Source: a virus | Taxonomy: Duplodnaviria; Caudoviricetes | DNA: 64,000 nt | Virus record (IMG/VR): IMGVR_UViG_3300037400_001189 | Coordinates: 11,007 to 75,006 of that record | Strand: one strand, 5' to 3' | In this document: positions 25,591 through 33,350 of the stretch, piece after piece | How the letters are laid out: each line of letters opens with the position of its first letter | Position numbering within the stretch: the first letter of the stretch is position 1 | Program-made: the position numbers and the translations under genes | The notes under the pieces: model-generated | Seen by the model: the letters and a program-made list of their open reading frames with translations, nothing else | Database searches by the model: none | What the model was told of the DNA's origin: nothing

Positions 25591-26589
25591 CTAAATAGAC
25601 GTTCGTATGCAAATGGATGCACAATGTCCATTTAAACCTACCGAATTGATGCAGGCTACGGAGTTCTTAGGAGAGGATGCCACGGTAAGAGCAGTCTCCA
25701 CTGCTCCACATGCTCCCAGCATGTGTCCCAGATGCTTCTTCCAAGTGAATGTCTTAGGCTTCTCTTTAAATTCAAACATCTCGCAATGTCTCTTTACTGC
25801 TTCCATCTCTACTTCGTCTCCCATTGGAGTGCCTGTGGCATGCATGGAGAGAACGGAAGGAACGAAGTTGAAGCATGCAGTTCTCATGCATGCAAATATT
25901 TCGTCTGGAGAAGATGCAGTTCTAGACATTCCTGTATGTTCAGAGAAGCCTTCTATGATTCCATAGATGTTTCTGCCATGCTCTAGTGCATCGTAATAGT
26001 CTTCCAGAACAAGCAGTCCACAGCCTGAAGAGAGAACTGTTCCTGTCCTGTCTGGATCTAGAGGCATGCATTCATGCTTAGTGAGAAGATGCATCTTCCT
26101 GAAGAACTCAAGAGTGTTGAGGTCTAGTGCATTTGTACCTCCCACTACTGCCATGTCTGCATAGCCATGCCTGATAGCCTTCACTCCTGCTATGATGTTG
26201 GAAAGAGAAGTGCAGCATACGGAAGATATGCCTTGCACTGTTCCTCTGAATCTGTTTGCAAGAGCTACAGTATCTGCAACATTGGAATTAAAAGACTTGT
26301 AGAAGTCTGATGCACGTTCTAGTTCCTTTCCATGAGTACTGATCTCTCCTATGTAGACATCAGTGTTAGGAGCAAACCATAGAGCTTCCTTTTCCTTGAT
26401 GGCATCTAGAGTGTCTAGTGCCATCTTTGAAGAAGAAATGTTTCCACAGGAACCATACGGATAGGGATAGTCTTCATGCTTTCTATAGCATTTCATTCCC
26501 TTCTCTATGAATTCCTTGGTGGATTCTAGTGAGCCAAGAGGAGTAGTCACTCCCATTCCAACGATAGCTACTGGAATATAGTGGTTCAT
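25591..26589 (-). CDS. Beta-ketoacyl-ACP synthase (FabF/FabB-like condensing enzyme), compact
   Basis: VAIVGMGVTTPLG, catalytic SVCCTS, AVVGG, CMPLDPDRTG, LLVLE, MHATGTPMGD, KKHLGHMLGACG and NSVGLNG motifs. Confidence 0.9.
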   Translation of the reverse strand: MNHYIPVAIVGMGVTTPLGSLESTKEFIEKGMKCYRKHEDYPYPYGSCGNISSSKMALDTLDAIKEKEALWFAPNTDVYIGEISTHGKELERASDFYKSFNSNVADTVALANRFRGTVQGISSVCCTSLSNIIAGVKAIRHGYADMAVVGGTNALDLNTLEFFRKMHLLTKHECMPLDPDRTGTVLSSGCGLLVLEDYYDALEHGRNIYGIIEGFSEHTGMSRTASSPDEIFACMRTACFNFVPSVLSMHATGTPMGDEVEMEAVKRHCEMFEFKEKPKTFTWKKHLGHMLGACGAVETALTVASSPKNSVACINSVGLNGHCASICIRTSI

Positions 26590-26613
26590 TTAATAGCCTC
26601 CTATAGGGGTATT

Positions 26614-26626
26614 TGACATAGTGTCA
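26614..26626 (-). promoter_or_regulatory. Hairpin element TGACA-TAG-TGTCA upstream of the KAS gene (candidate phage RNAP promoter)
   Basis: 5-bp stem with 3-nt loop; related to the early hairpin family; about 25 nt before the ATG. Confidence 0.45.
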
Positions 26627-26720
26627 CTATAGGGAAAATAGGGTTCAAAAAGAGATTTGTCATATAGGTTGACAGATTTTTTTACAAGATTATTTCTGAA
26701 TAGAAAGCTGTACAAAAAAT

Positions 26721-26750
26721 AAGGGAGAGACTCCGAAGAGTCCCTCCCTT
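26721..26750 (-). terminator. Terminator after the RNA polymerase gene
   Basis: GC stem with TTCG loop on the minus strand and a T-tail. Confidence 0.75.
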
Positions 26751-26763
26751 TGTAATTTTCCTG

Positions 26764-28488
26764 CTATTTCATGGCTGTGCCAAAGAACTGAGGCACTTCC
26801 TCTCTGTTAACGTCACGGATAGTCTTGGTGTTGCCTATGCTGTCCATGAAGTTTCTGAGAATGGAATGCCTGTCCTTGTATATCTCGTAGAGCTTGGACG
26901 TATAGAGAATTCTGACTCTATGAGCATCGTTTGGATGAACTATGGCAGCATCATGATTGCATAGAATCCAGTTCATGTTAGCTCCTATATAGTTCATCAC
27001 CTGAGAATCAAGATTGTGGACTAGCAGAGTGCAGTGGTATCTGACAAACTGCTTAACGTCTACAACCCTATCAGCTCTAGCGTACGGCTTATAATAGCCG
27101 TTAGTAGTAGTATATATCTTGACATGCTGCTTTTCCTCTGAATCCTTGAATTTGGAGCAGTTTACAGTGAATTCCTCGTTCCATATCTTCACTTTCCTAG
27201 TCTCTGCAGGAACGCACTTGAGAATGGTATCCTTGAAGAGATTGGGAGCAAAGAATCTTCCTCCTCTCTCGAAATCCTTCTCTATGTTCTCCTCGTCTTC
27301 CTGAGTATACTCAAGATGGTGACGATCCCATAGATCTGCAGGAGAGGCAGAAGAACCATAGATTCTAGGAGTTACTGCAAACTTGACATACTTCCGAGGA
27401 AGATAGTCTACAGTCCAGTAGTCTTCTAGAACATACGGATTTATCAAGTTAGTAAGATTCATGAGATTATGGTCGTTCATGAGAACACCCATAATCTGGA
27501 CAGCAGATGCAGTAGCATCTACCTCGATAGGCACTGTCCAGTGGTCAGTGTCTTCCAGATTCTCATAGATTCTCTTGAGCCATATCTGTTCGTGAAGGTC
27601 TGCAGATTCAGGGATTTCCCTGTTCTCTGCATGAAGCTTTCCAAGCTCTATCTTCTCCTTGAGAGTTCTAGGCTTGTCTCCGAATATCTCTGCTATAAAG
27701 AGATATACGTTCTTCAGTCCAGCAGTGGTAAGCTTCTGGACAGGACACTTCACGATAGATCTGGCTACCTTATGAGAGATGGGATTGAACACTCTATGAA
27801 CGCAGTCGAATATAGCTCTTCCACGGGAATCGGAAGTGCATTCGCCTAATACATAGCGTTCATCCTTGGATGCTCCCGTATAGAGCAGAAGAGATTCAAC
27901 TATTTCGGAATATGTAGGCTTCTCTCCTTCATATCCTTCTTGAGGCTTCTGATAGTCTGCATAGACTTCCTTAGCCATCTCTTCAAGATATTCCTTGACG
28001 TACTTTACGTCATACTTGAAGGGACAGGAGCCAGACTTGGCAAAGCCAAGACGCTTGAGACCTACGTCTCTAGTAACCTTGGCTCCATGACTGTTCACAG
28101 TCCTAGTCCTGTTCCAGTGCCTAGGGAGCTTGGAAGACATCATAGTCTTTCTTATCTTGAACTCTCTAATCACTGAATTAAGCTCTTCTTCGCTTACCCA
28201 CTTGAGAAGCTTTTCATAGTTGAGTTCAATGGTTCCAAACTTGCCTACAGTCTTGACCAGTATCCAGCCCGTAACGCCCAAGATCATGAAGATCTTGTTA
28301 AGATGCTTGGAATCTATGCGTTCAATCCAAGCATTGAGACTCATGGTCTTTCCATGGAAGAACTTCACAACCATGCGGTTCCAAAGTTCCTCTATGTCTC
28401 TCTTTTCATCTTCATTTACATGAATGTATTCCCACAGCTTTGCAGGAATGTTCACGATTCCTTGAAGAATCTCTTCACGTCTAGCCAT
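26764..28488 (-). CDS. Single-subunit T7-family RNA polymerase (N4 RNAP II counterpart), 574 aa
   Basis: DSRGRA, motif A EVDATASAVQI, motif B RKYVKFAVTPRIYG, VHNLDS, and motif C NHDA. Confidence 0.88.
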   Translation of the reverse strand: MARREEILQGIVNIPAKLWEYIHVNEDEKRDIEELWNRMVVKFFHGKTMSLNAWIERIDSKHLNKIFMILGVTGWILVKTVGKFGTIELNYEKLLKWVSEEELNSVIREFKIRKTMMSSKLPRHWNRTRTVNSHGAKVTRDVGLKRLGFAKSGSCPFKYDVKYVKEYLEEMAKEVYADYQKPQEGYEGEKPTYSEIVESLLLYTGASKDERYVLGECTSDSRGRAIFDCVHRVFNPISHKVARSIVKCPVQKLTTAGLKNVYLFIAEIFGDKPRTLKEKIELGKLHAENREIPESADLHEQIWLKRIYENLEDTDHWTVPIEVDATASAVQIMGVLMNDHNLMNLTNLINPYVLEDYWTVDYLPRKYVKFAVTPRIYGSSASPADLWDRHHLEYTQEDEENIEKDFERGGRFFAPNLFKDTILKCVPAETRKVKIWNEEFTVNCSKFKDSEEKQHVKIYTTTNGYYKPYARADRVVDVKQFVRYHCTLLVHNLDSQVMNYIGANMNWILCNHDAAIVHPNDAHRVRILYTSKLYEIYKDRHSILRNFMDSIGNTKTIRDVNREEVPQFFGTAMK

Positions 28489-28541
28489 TGAATACCTCCT
28501 AGTACTAGTCGTAGGTGATTTTCCTGAGACTTAAAAAACAA

Positions 28542-28561
28542 GGGAGAGCCGAAGCTCTCCC
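28542..28561 (-). terminator. Terminator with UUCG loop
   Basis: GGGAGAGC-TTCG-GCTCTCCC followed by TTGTTTTTT on the minus strand. Confidence 0.8.
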
Positions 28562-28571
28562 CTATTTCTAG

Positions 28572-29099
28572 CTAATCAAAGCTCTCGCGAAGAGCCTGAC
28601 GGATGTCCTCGTCAGACTCCTCTTCATCGTTTTCCAGAAGCTCACGCTTCTTTTCGACAAAGGCTTCCCAGTTCTCGTCAGTGATGTCGGCAAAGTCTTC
28701 ATCGCTGTAGGACAGGCTGTAGCCATCGCAGAATGCCTTGACGATTTCAATCGTCTTGGCACAGTCGCGCTTCTTGCCTTCCACCATAGTGCCATCGGCA
28801 CTGATGAAGGGAGCAACGCCACAATACTTCCTGTACATGTCGATAAAGACAGGAGGAAGGCCAATGGCCTTGTGCACCGGAGACTTGGCATTGCGAGAGT
28901 TCACGCATTGCTTGATCATGCCAAGGACAAACTGGCAGAGTTCGTTCTGGGTGCTATAGTCAACCCAGACCTGAGAGACCTTGCGACCGAGACAAGAAAG
29001 AGCCTGAGAGCGAAGCTCGTCCATGATTGCAGCATTCTTTTCAGAAGTGGCAATAGCGGCAGAGAAGGCACCAGAGATACGGGAAGAATCGAACGACAT
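28572..29099 (-). CDS. Early hypothetical protein with acidic C-terminus
   Basis: 175-aa ORF with RBS; more GC-rich codon usage than the structural genes. Confidence 0.75.
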   Translation of the reverse strand: MSFDSSRISGAFSAAIATSEKNAAIMDELRSQALSCLGRKVSQVWVDYSTQNELCQFVLGMIKQCVNSRNAKSPVHKAIGLPPVFIDMYRKYCGVAPFISADGTMVEGKKRDCAKTIEIVKAFCDGYSLSYSDEDFADITDENWEAFVEKKRELLENDEEESDEDIRQALRESFD

Positions 29100-29208
29100 G
29101 GTAGTACTCCTTATGATTTTGATGGATTATTTAAGGACTAGTGTCCTCTAAATAAAAAAAGAAAAGGGTGGAACACGAACCATGAAGTTCATGTCCACCC
29201 TAGTCTCT

Positions 29209-29451
29209 TTAGAGGAGAGCCCTAAGGCTCTCTACTGCCTTGGGATCTACAGCAGCCAGCTTCTCGCTGGCATCCTTGGCAATCTCACAGGAGAGAGCCT
29301 TTGCCTGACCTCGAAGCGAGGTTGTAACATCTGACACAGTGTCAATGGAATCAGACATCACATTGAGACACTTTTCGTAAGTGTTAGGAGAAACCTTTTT
29401 AAGAATGAGAGCACCAAGACCAAGACCGATAACTGTACGAATCATAACCAT
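29209..29451 (-). CDS. Early protein with N-terminal hydrophobic helix, paralog of 32794-33090
   Basis: Aligns along its length with 32794-33090. Confidence 0.75.
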   Translation of the reverse strand: MVMIRTVIGLGLGALILKKVSPNTYEKCLNVMSDSIDTVSDVTTSLRGQAKALSCEIAKDASEKLAAVDPKAVESLRALL

Positions 29452-29657
29452 ACTCCTTGAATTAAAGATAATTTGCGCTAGTGCGCTATCTAAAAAAAGA
29501 AAAGGAATAGGAAGGAATCTAGACGGTAGGCCGCAAGGAAGAGAATTGAAGAGAGAGTTGGAGGAAGATAATAGGCTGGGACGGTGCAGACGTGTATAAA
29601 GTGTATTTCAAAAAACAAGGAGAGACCTTTCGGTCCCTCCTTGTCTTCTGCACCTCC

Positions 29658-29978
29658 TTATGCAGCAATGTGAAGACGGATATAGTCAGCTAGCCATTGA
29701 GGCAGCATTGTCGTATCTCCATATCTCTTGCCATAGCCACCCTTGTAGACGGATATGAGAGGAAGATACGGATATACTAGTGCCACACGGACAGCTCCCA
29801 TAGTCTTGAAGACTACGAGAAGACGTTCCTTGCCAGATTGGCTAATATCCTTGCCAATCACTGTCACTTCCTTGAAGGAAGTGTTCCCTTCAAACATGAA
29901 GGAAACGATGCGCTGGTAAGGATCGCAGAGATGGAAACGGGAAGAAATTCTCATGGCAACCTCCTTTAGTTTAGCCAC
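29658..29978 (-). CDS. Early hypothetical protein
   Basis: 106-aa ORF; AGGAGG RBS suggests a start at the second Met. Confidence 0.65.
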   Translation of the reverse strand: MAKLKEVAMRISSRFHLCDPYQRIVSFMFEGNTSFKEVTVIGKDISQSGKERLLVVFKTMGAVRVALVYPYLPLISVYKGGYGKRYGDTTMLPQWLADYIRLHIAA

Positions 29979-30187
29979 TCAATTTCGGAACTGAATTCAT
30001 GCGTACCTTGGTGCATATGCACGATGTAGGAAGGATAGCCTTCACATTCCACCAAGGCATTGAAGTAATGGCTATTGCTGTTCTGGTCATCTTCTTCAAC
30101 AGTATCCTTCTGGATGTAGCTAAGAAGAGAACGGTCAGAACGAATGGCACGATGCATGATTTCGAGATAATCAGAATCAGAATACAT
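29966..30187 (-). CDS. Early hypothetical protein (acidic)
   Basis: Start re-called at MYSDSD with an AGGAGG RBS. Confidence 0.65.
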   Translation of the reverse strand: MYSDSDYLEIMHRAIRSDRSLLSYIQKDTVEEDDQNSNSHYFNALVECEGYPSYIVHMHQGTHEFSSEIEWLN

Positions 30188-30270
30188 AGCAGTACCTCCT
30201 AATGGATTGCTATCTAAAAAAAGAAAAAGATGGAACACTGCTCTAGACAGCATTTCATCCTTTCTCTCTC

Positions 30271-30633
30271 CTAAAGCTCCACTATATTCATGTTAAACCT
30301 AACATTCATATAGTCAGCTAGCAATCTTCTATGGCAGAACTTGCCACTTGCTTCCCAGCATAACAATAGCACATTCTGCCTACGTTCCTTAGCAATTAGC
30401 CTTTCAGCTAAATACTTTAAAGTATTATCCTTATCCAAAAGGATATTTAAATACTTTCTAGTATATTCATTGCTATCGCCTGTAGCCTTATATCTAGTCA
30501 GCATCTCCCATGTAGGAGCCAGCCAAGTCAACTGGCAATCTGGCTTAAAATAGCTAGGAACAGTACGGCTAATGGCAATCCTGAACGTATCAGGATACTT
30601 TACTGCCTTGGCATAGTAACTAGTGCAAATCAT
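30271..30633 (-). CDS. DUF488-family protein
   Basis: CTSYYA, IAISRTVP, LAPTWEML and LLCWE...FCHR motifs; start re-called at MICTS. Confidence 0.75.
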   Translation of the reverse strand: MICTSYYAKAVKYPDTFRIAISRTVPSYFKPDCQLTWLAPTWEMLTRYKATGDSNEYTRKYLNILLDKDNTLKYLAERLIAKERRQNVLLLCWEASGKFCHRRLLADYMNVRFNMNIVEL

Positions 30634-30717
30634 ATCTACCTCCTTAGGCATAATTACCCTAGTTAAAAAAAGAAAAAATAAAGGAGCCTAGGATTTCTCC
30701 TAGACTCCTTCATCTAT

Positions 30718-31002
30718 TTAGTCCTCGAAGTAGTGGTATTCCGCATCGTCAATAGCCTTTTGAGCTATTTCAGACCATGTGTGAATCTTATAGTTGCATT
30801 CGAAAGCCCACTGAATAGCGTTATACGACTCCTCTTCAGAGAGGTAGAACTTATAGCTCTGCTGAGAGTAGTCGTACCACCTCACCACGATCTCCAGATA
30901 TTCTGGATACTCGTAGATATCCAGATCCATGACCTGTGCATGCTCGTCTGCATCCTGAAGGGACATGAGAATGCTCTTGAAATTGTGGTAGCTAATCGAC
31001 AT
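30718..31002 (-). CDS. Small acidic early protein
   Basis: 94 aa, D/E- and aromatic-rich; RBS present. Confidence 0.7.
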   Translation of the reverse strand: MSISYHNFKSILMSLQDADEHAQVMDLDIYEYPEYLEIVVRWYDYSQQSYKFYLSEEESYNAIQWAFECNYKIHTWSEIAQKAIDDAEYHYFED

Positions 31003-31086
31003 GGCTAATCTCCTTGGATTTAGATTGTCAGAGGCTAATGCCTCCTAAATAAAAAAATAAAGGGAGCCGTTAGGCTCCCAGTATTG

Positions 31087-31236
31087 CTAAGACTGATAGG
31101 GCATAGGCCCAATGGATTCTCCCATGTCTTCCTCTGTACCATTAGGCATAAAGGATTCCATCATTTCCATTTCTTCTTCTCTCTGAATGAGCATTTCAAT
31201 CTGCTCTTCAGACAGGCTGTCAATAGTGCATCCCAT
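31087..31236 (-). CDS. Small very acidic early protein, 49 aa, not in the ORF track
   Basis: Translated by hand: MGCTIDSLSEEQIEMLIQREEEMEMMESFMPNGTEEDMGESIGPMPYQS; AAGGAG RBS; own terminator. Confidence 0.65.
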   Translation of the reverse strand: MGCTIDSLSEEQIEMLIQREEEMEMMESFMPNGTEEDMGESIGPMPYQS

Positions 31237-31286
31237 TGCTAGTCTCCTTGAATTTTAAAGGAGGAGCCGAAGCTCCTCCCATTCTG

Positions 31287-31469
31287 CTAGAAGTCAGGAC
31301 AGTAGTCTTCGTAGTTGTACAAAGCACTATCACCGAATGAAGAATCTATATCTTCATACAGATCTCCATTCATAATTGCCTCTATAGCTCTCTTTGAGTT
31401 CTCTTCAACAGTGAGTTCATCGCTGTAGTCGAGTTCAAAGCCAAGTGCCATAAGAGTAGCAGTATCCAT
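31287..31469 (-). CDS. Small very acidic early protein
   Basis: 60 aa with only two basic residues; AGGAGG RBS. Confidence 0.7.
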   Translation of the reverse strand: MDTATLMALGFELDYSDELTVEENSKRAIEAIMNGDLYEDIDSSFGDSALYNYEDYCPDF

Positions 31470-31555
31470 AATTTCCTCCTAGGGATTTAAGGACTAGGCA
31501 TAATTGCCTATATAATAAAAGAAAAAGGAGGAGCGTTAGCTCCTCCAATTCTTCT

Positions 31556-31858
31556 TTAGCTGTTTTCTATCTGCCTCATTCTCTTTTCGAGAATAGATGC
31601 AGCTTCTAGAACAGCTCTTGCTGCTGAATCAGTCATTTCTCCCTGTTTTTCAATTAAAGAGAAATACATCTCTTCAATTTCAAAGTAGGAGAGAACCTTA
31701 TGGTACTTTCTGTACCATAAAGATTCTTCTTCAGTATTCTGTTCTCCATTCCATTCATGATCTAATGAATAGATGGAGACTTCATAAGCAAGATTCTGGA
31801 TTTCTGGATTTTCAGATACTCCTGAAATCATGCTTGCGATTCTGAATACTTCTGTCAT
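31556..31858 (-). CDS. Small acidic early protein
   Basis: 100 aa, E-rich; AGGAGG RBS. Confidence 0.7.
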   Translation of the reverse strand: MTEVFRIASMISGVSENPEIQNLAYEVSIYSLDHEWNGEQNTEEESLWYRKYHKVLSYFEIEEMYFSLIEKQGEMTDSAARAVLEAASILEKRMRQIENS

Positions 31859-31974
31859 TTTCTAATCCTCCTTTGGATTGATAAAGGCATAACTGCCTGC
31901 ATAATAAAATAAATACTTGACATTGGGACTAGGGAAGACATAGGTATGGAATGTCAGGAAAATGACAGGGAAAT

Positions 31975-32120
31975 TTGAGTAGTGATGTACTCATGTACTA
32001 CTGTACATATATCTTATACATGAGAATGATGTGCCAATGCACTTAGTACTTAAGTGCTAGTAATAGTGCTAGTAAAGTACTAGTGGAAGTGTCTAATGTG
32101 TATAACATGTGTCTAACCTC
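31975..32120. repeat. Non-coding tract rich in TAGTA/AGTAC words with a central palindrome
   Basis: GCACTTA-GTACT-TAAGTGC inverted repeat at about 32039-32057 and multiple GTACT/TAGTA words. Confidence 0.45.
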
Positions 32121-32167
32121 TCGACAAAAAATAAGGAGGCAGGAGCCTAAGCTCCCACCTCCAGATA

Positions 32168-32404
32168 CTACAGCAAACCGTAGTCGCCTTCGAGGACATC
32201 CTCGATTGAACGACAAGTCTTCTTGTCCCTACGGCGCATAGCCGTATCGAATTCAGCTTCCGAGTAGTTGGTGTGCAGGATATCCACAGTCCTCTCCTGC
32301 CAGTAGGCGAAGATGGACCACATGTGGATCTGATCGTCCCTGTTCATAAGAGCAAGGTCAATATTCCTGTAACCGTAGTACTCGAACATATCGTTGATAG
32401 ACAT
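32168..32404 (-). CDS. Early hypothetical protein
   Basis: 78 aa; AGGAGG RBS. Confidence 0.7.
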   Translation of the reverse strand: MSINDMFEYYGYRNIDLALMNRDDQIHMWSIFAYWQERTVDILHTNYSEAEFDTAMRRRDKKTCRSIEDVLEGDYGLL

Positions 32405-32500
32405 AACAGCCTCCTATGGCTTTAATTGTCAGGACATAATTGTCCTATCTAAAAAAAGAAAAGGTCCACACCTCCGAAGAGATGCAGACCTTGTTGATGT

Positions 32501-32725
32501 TTAGAAGGGAAGCTCCATGACTTCTAAGCCATAGAACTGGAGCACAATAACCTGAGATGCAGTGCCTTGGAAGCACCAGTCACCGTCTTCACGGTCCCAG
32601 AGCTTCCAGCCACAGCGATACTGCAGGTTGGAGTACCGAATGTTCCTGCCTTGTGACAGCGTAGCCATGACCTCATCCATAAGGTCACGGTCGTTACATT
32701 CGAAGTAAACGAACTCTTCGCTCAT
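32501..32725 (-). CDS. Early hypothetical protein
   Basis: Start re-called at MSEEFVY with an AAGGAGG RBS. Confidence 0.65.
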   Translation of the reverse strand: MSEEFVYFECNDRDLMDEVMATLSQGRNIRYSNLQYRCGWKLWDREDGDWCFQGTASQVIVLQFYGLEVMELPF

Positions 32726-32793
32726 GTTGTCCTCCTTTGGACAAAAACTGACCTGCATCCCCGAAGGGACACAGGTCAGGAAGGGAGCAACGG

Positions 32794-33090
32794 TTACGGA
32801 CGGCGAACTGCACGGCGAGATGCAGGACGCACAGGCTGCTGAGGCTGCTGTCCATCGAGCAGAGCACGGAGCTCTTCGATAGCAGCAGGGTTCACTGCCT
32901 GCAGACGCTGGGTAGCATCCGCAGCAGCCTCGGAAGTGTAAGCCTTCACCTGACCACGGACAGCCGTGGTGAGGTCAGCAGCGGAGTCGATGATGTCGGT
33001 AGCAGCCTGCACTGCCTGCTCGTATGCACGAGGGCAAGCACGCTTTGCGACAAAGCCAGCGACAGCGAGACCGATGATGGTCTTAAACAT
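32794..33090 (-). CDS. First early gene; paralog of 29209-29451
   Basis: MFKTIIGLAVAG...AVRGQVKA...AVNPAAIEELRALL. Confidence 0.78.
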   Translation of the reverse strand: MFKTIIGLAVAGFVAKRACPRAYEQAVQAATDIIDSAADLTTAVRGQVKAYTSEAAADATQRLQAVNPAAIEELRALLDGQQPQQPVRPASRRAVRRP

Positions 33091-33185
33091 GGTATACCTC
33101 CTACGGTATATTTTGTTGCAGCATAATTGCTGCTATTTAACAAAAGAAAGGAGCGAAGCGACCAGATACATTTCCCCTGTGGCAG

Positions 33186-33350
33186 GAGCACAGGACAGCA
33201 TAGCACACACCTACCCCCACCCCCTATGGCACAGGGACAGCATGGCACAGCAGGGACAGCAGGCAGGAGAGAGCACAGTGCAGCACAGCACAGGTGCACA
33301 GGCAGCACACAGTACCGCAGGCTCGATAAGGGGCTCCACAGCACACGACA
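33186..33350 (+). repeat. GC-rich tract of GCACAG-type hexamer repeats at the junction of the divergent arms (likely genome end region)
   Basis: Six exact GCACAG (33188, 33229, 33245, 33271, 33281, 33296) plus GCACAC/GGACAG variants. Confidence 0.7.

Larger units (their letters stand above)
29134..33133 (-). promoter_or_regulatory. Family of nine short hairpin elements before early genes: 29134-29147, 29475-29486, 30197-30206, 30647-30658, 31031-31044, 31495-31510, 31885-31898, 32431-32446, 33118-33133
   Basis: Plus-strand loop TAAT/TAGT/TAAC closed by different but complementary stems, each followed by an A-rich tract (consensus TATCTAAAAAAAGAAAA). Confidence 0.7.
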
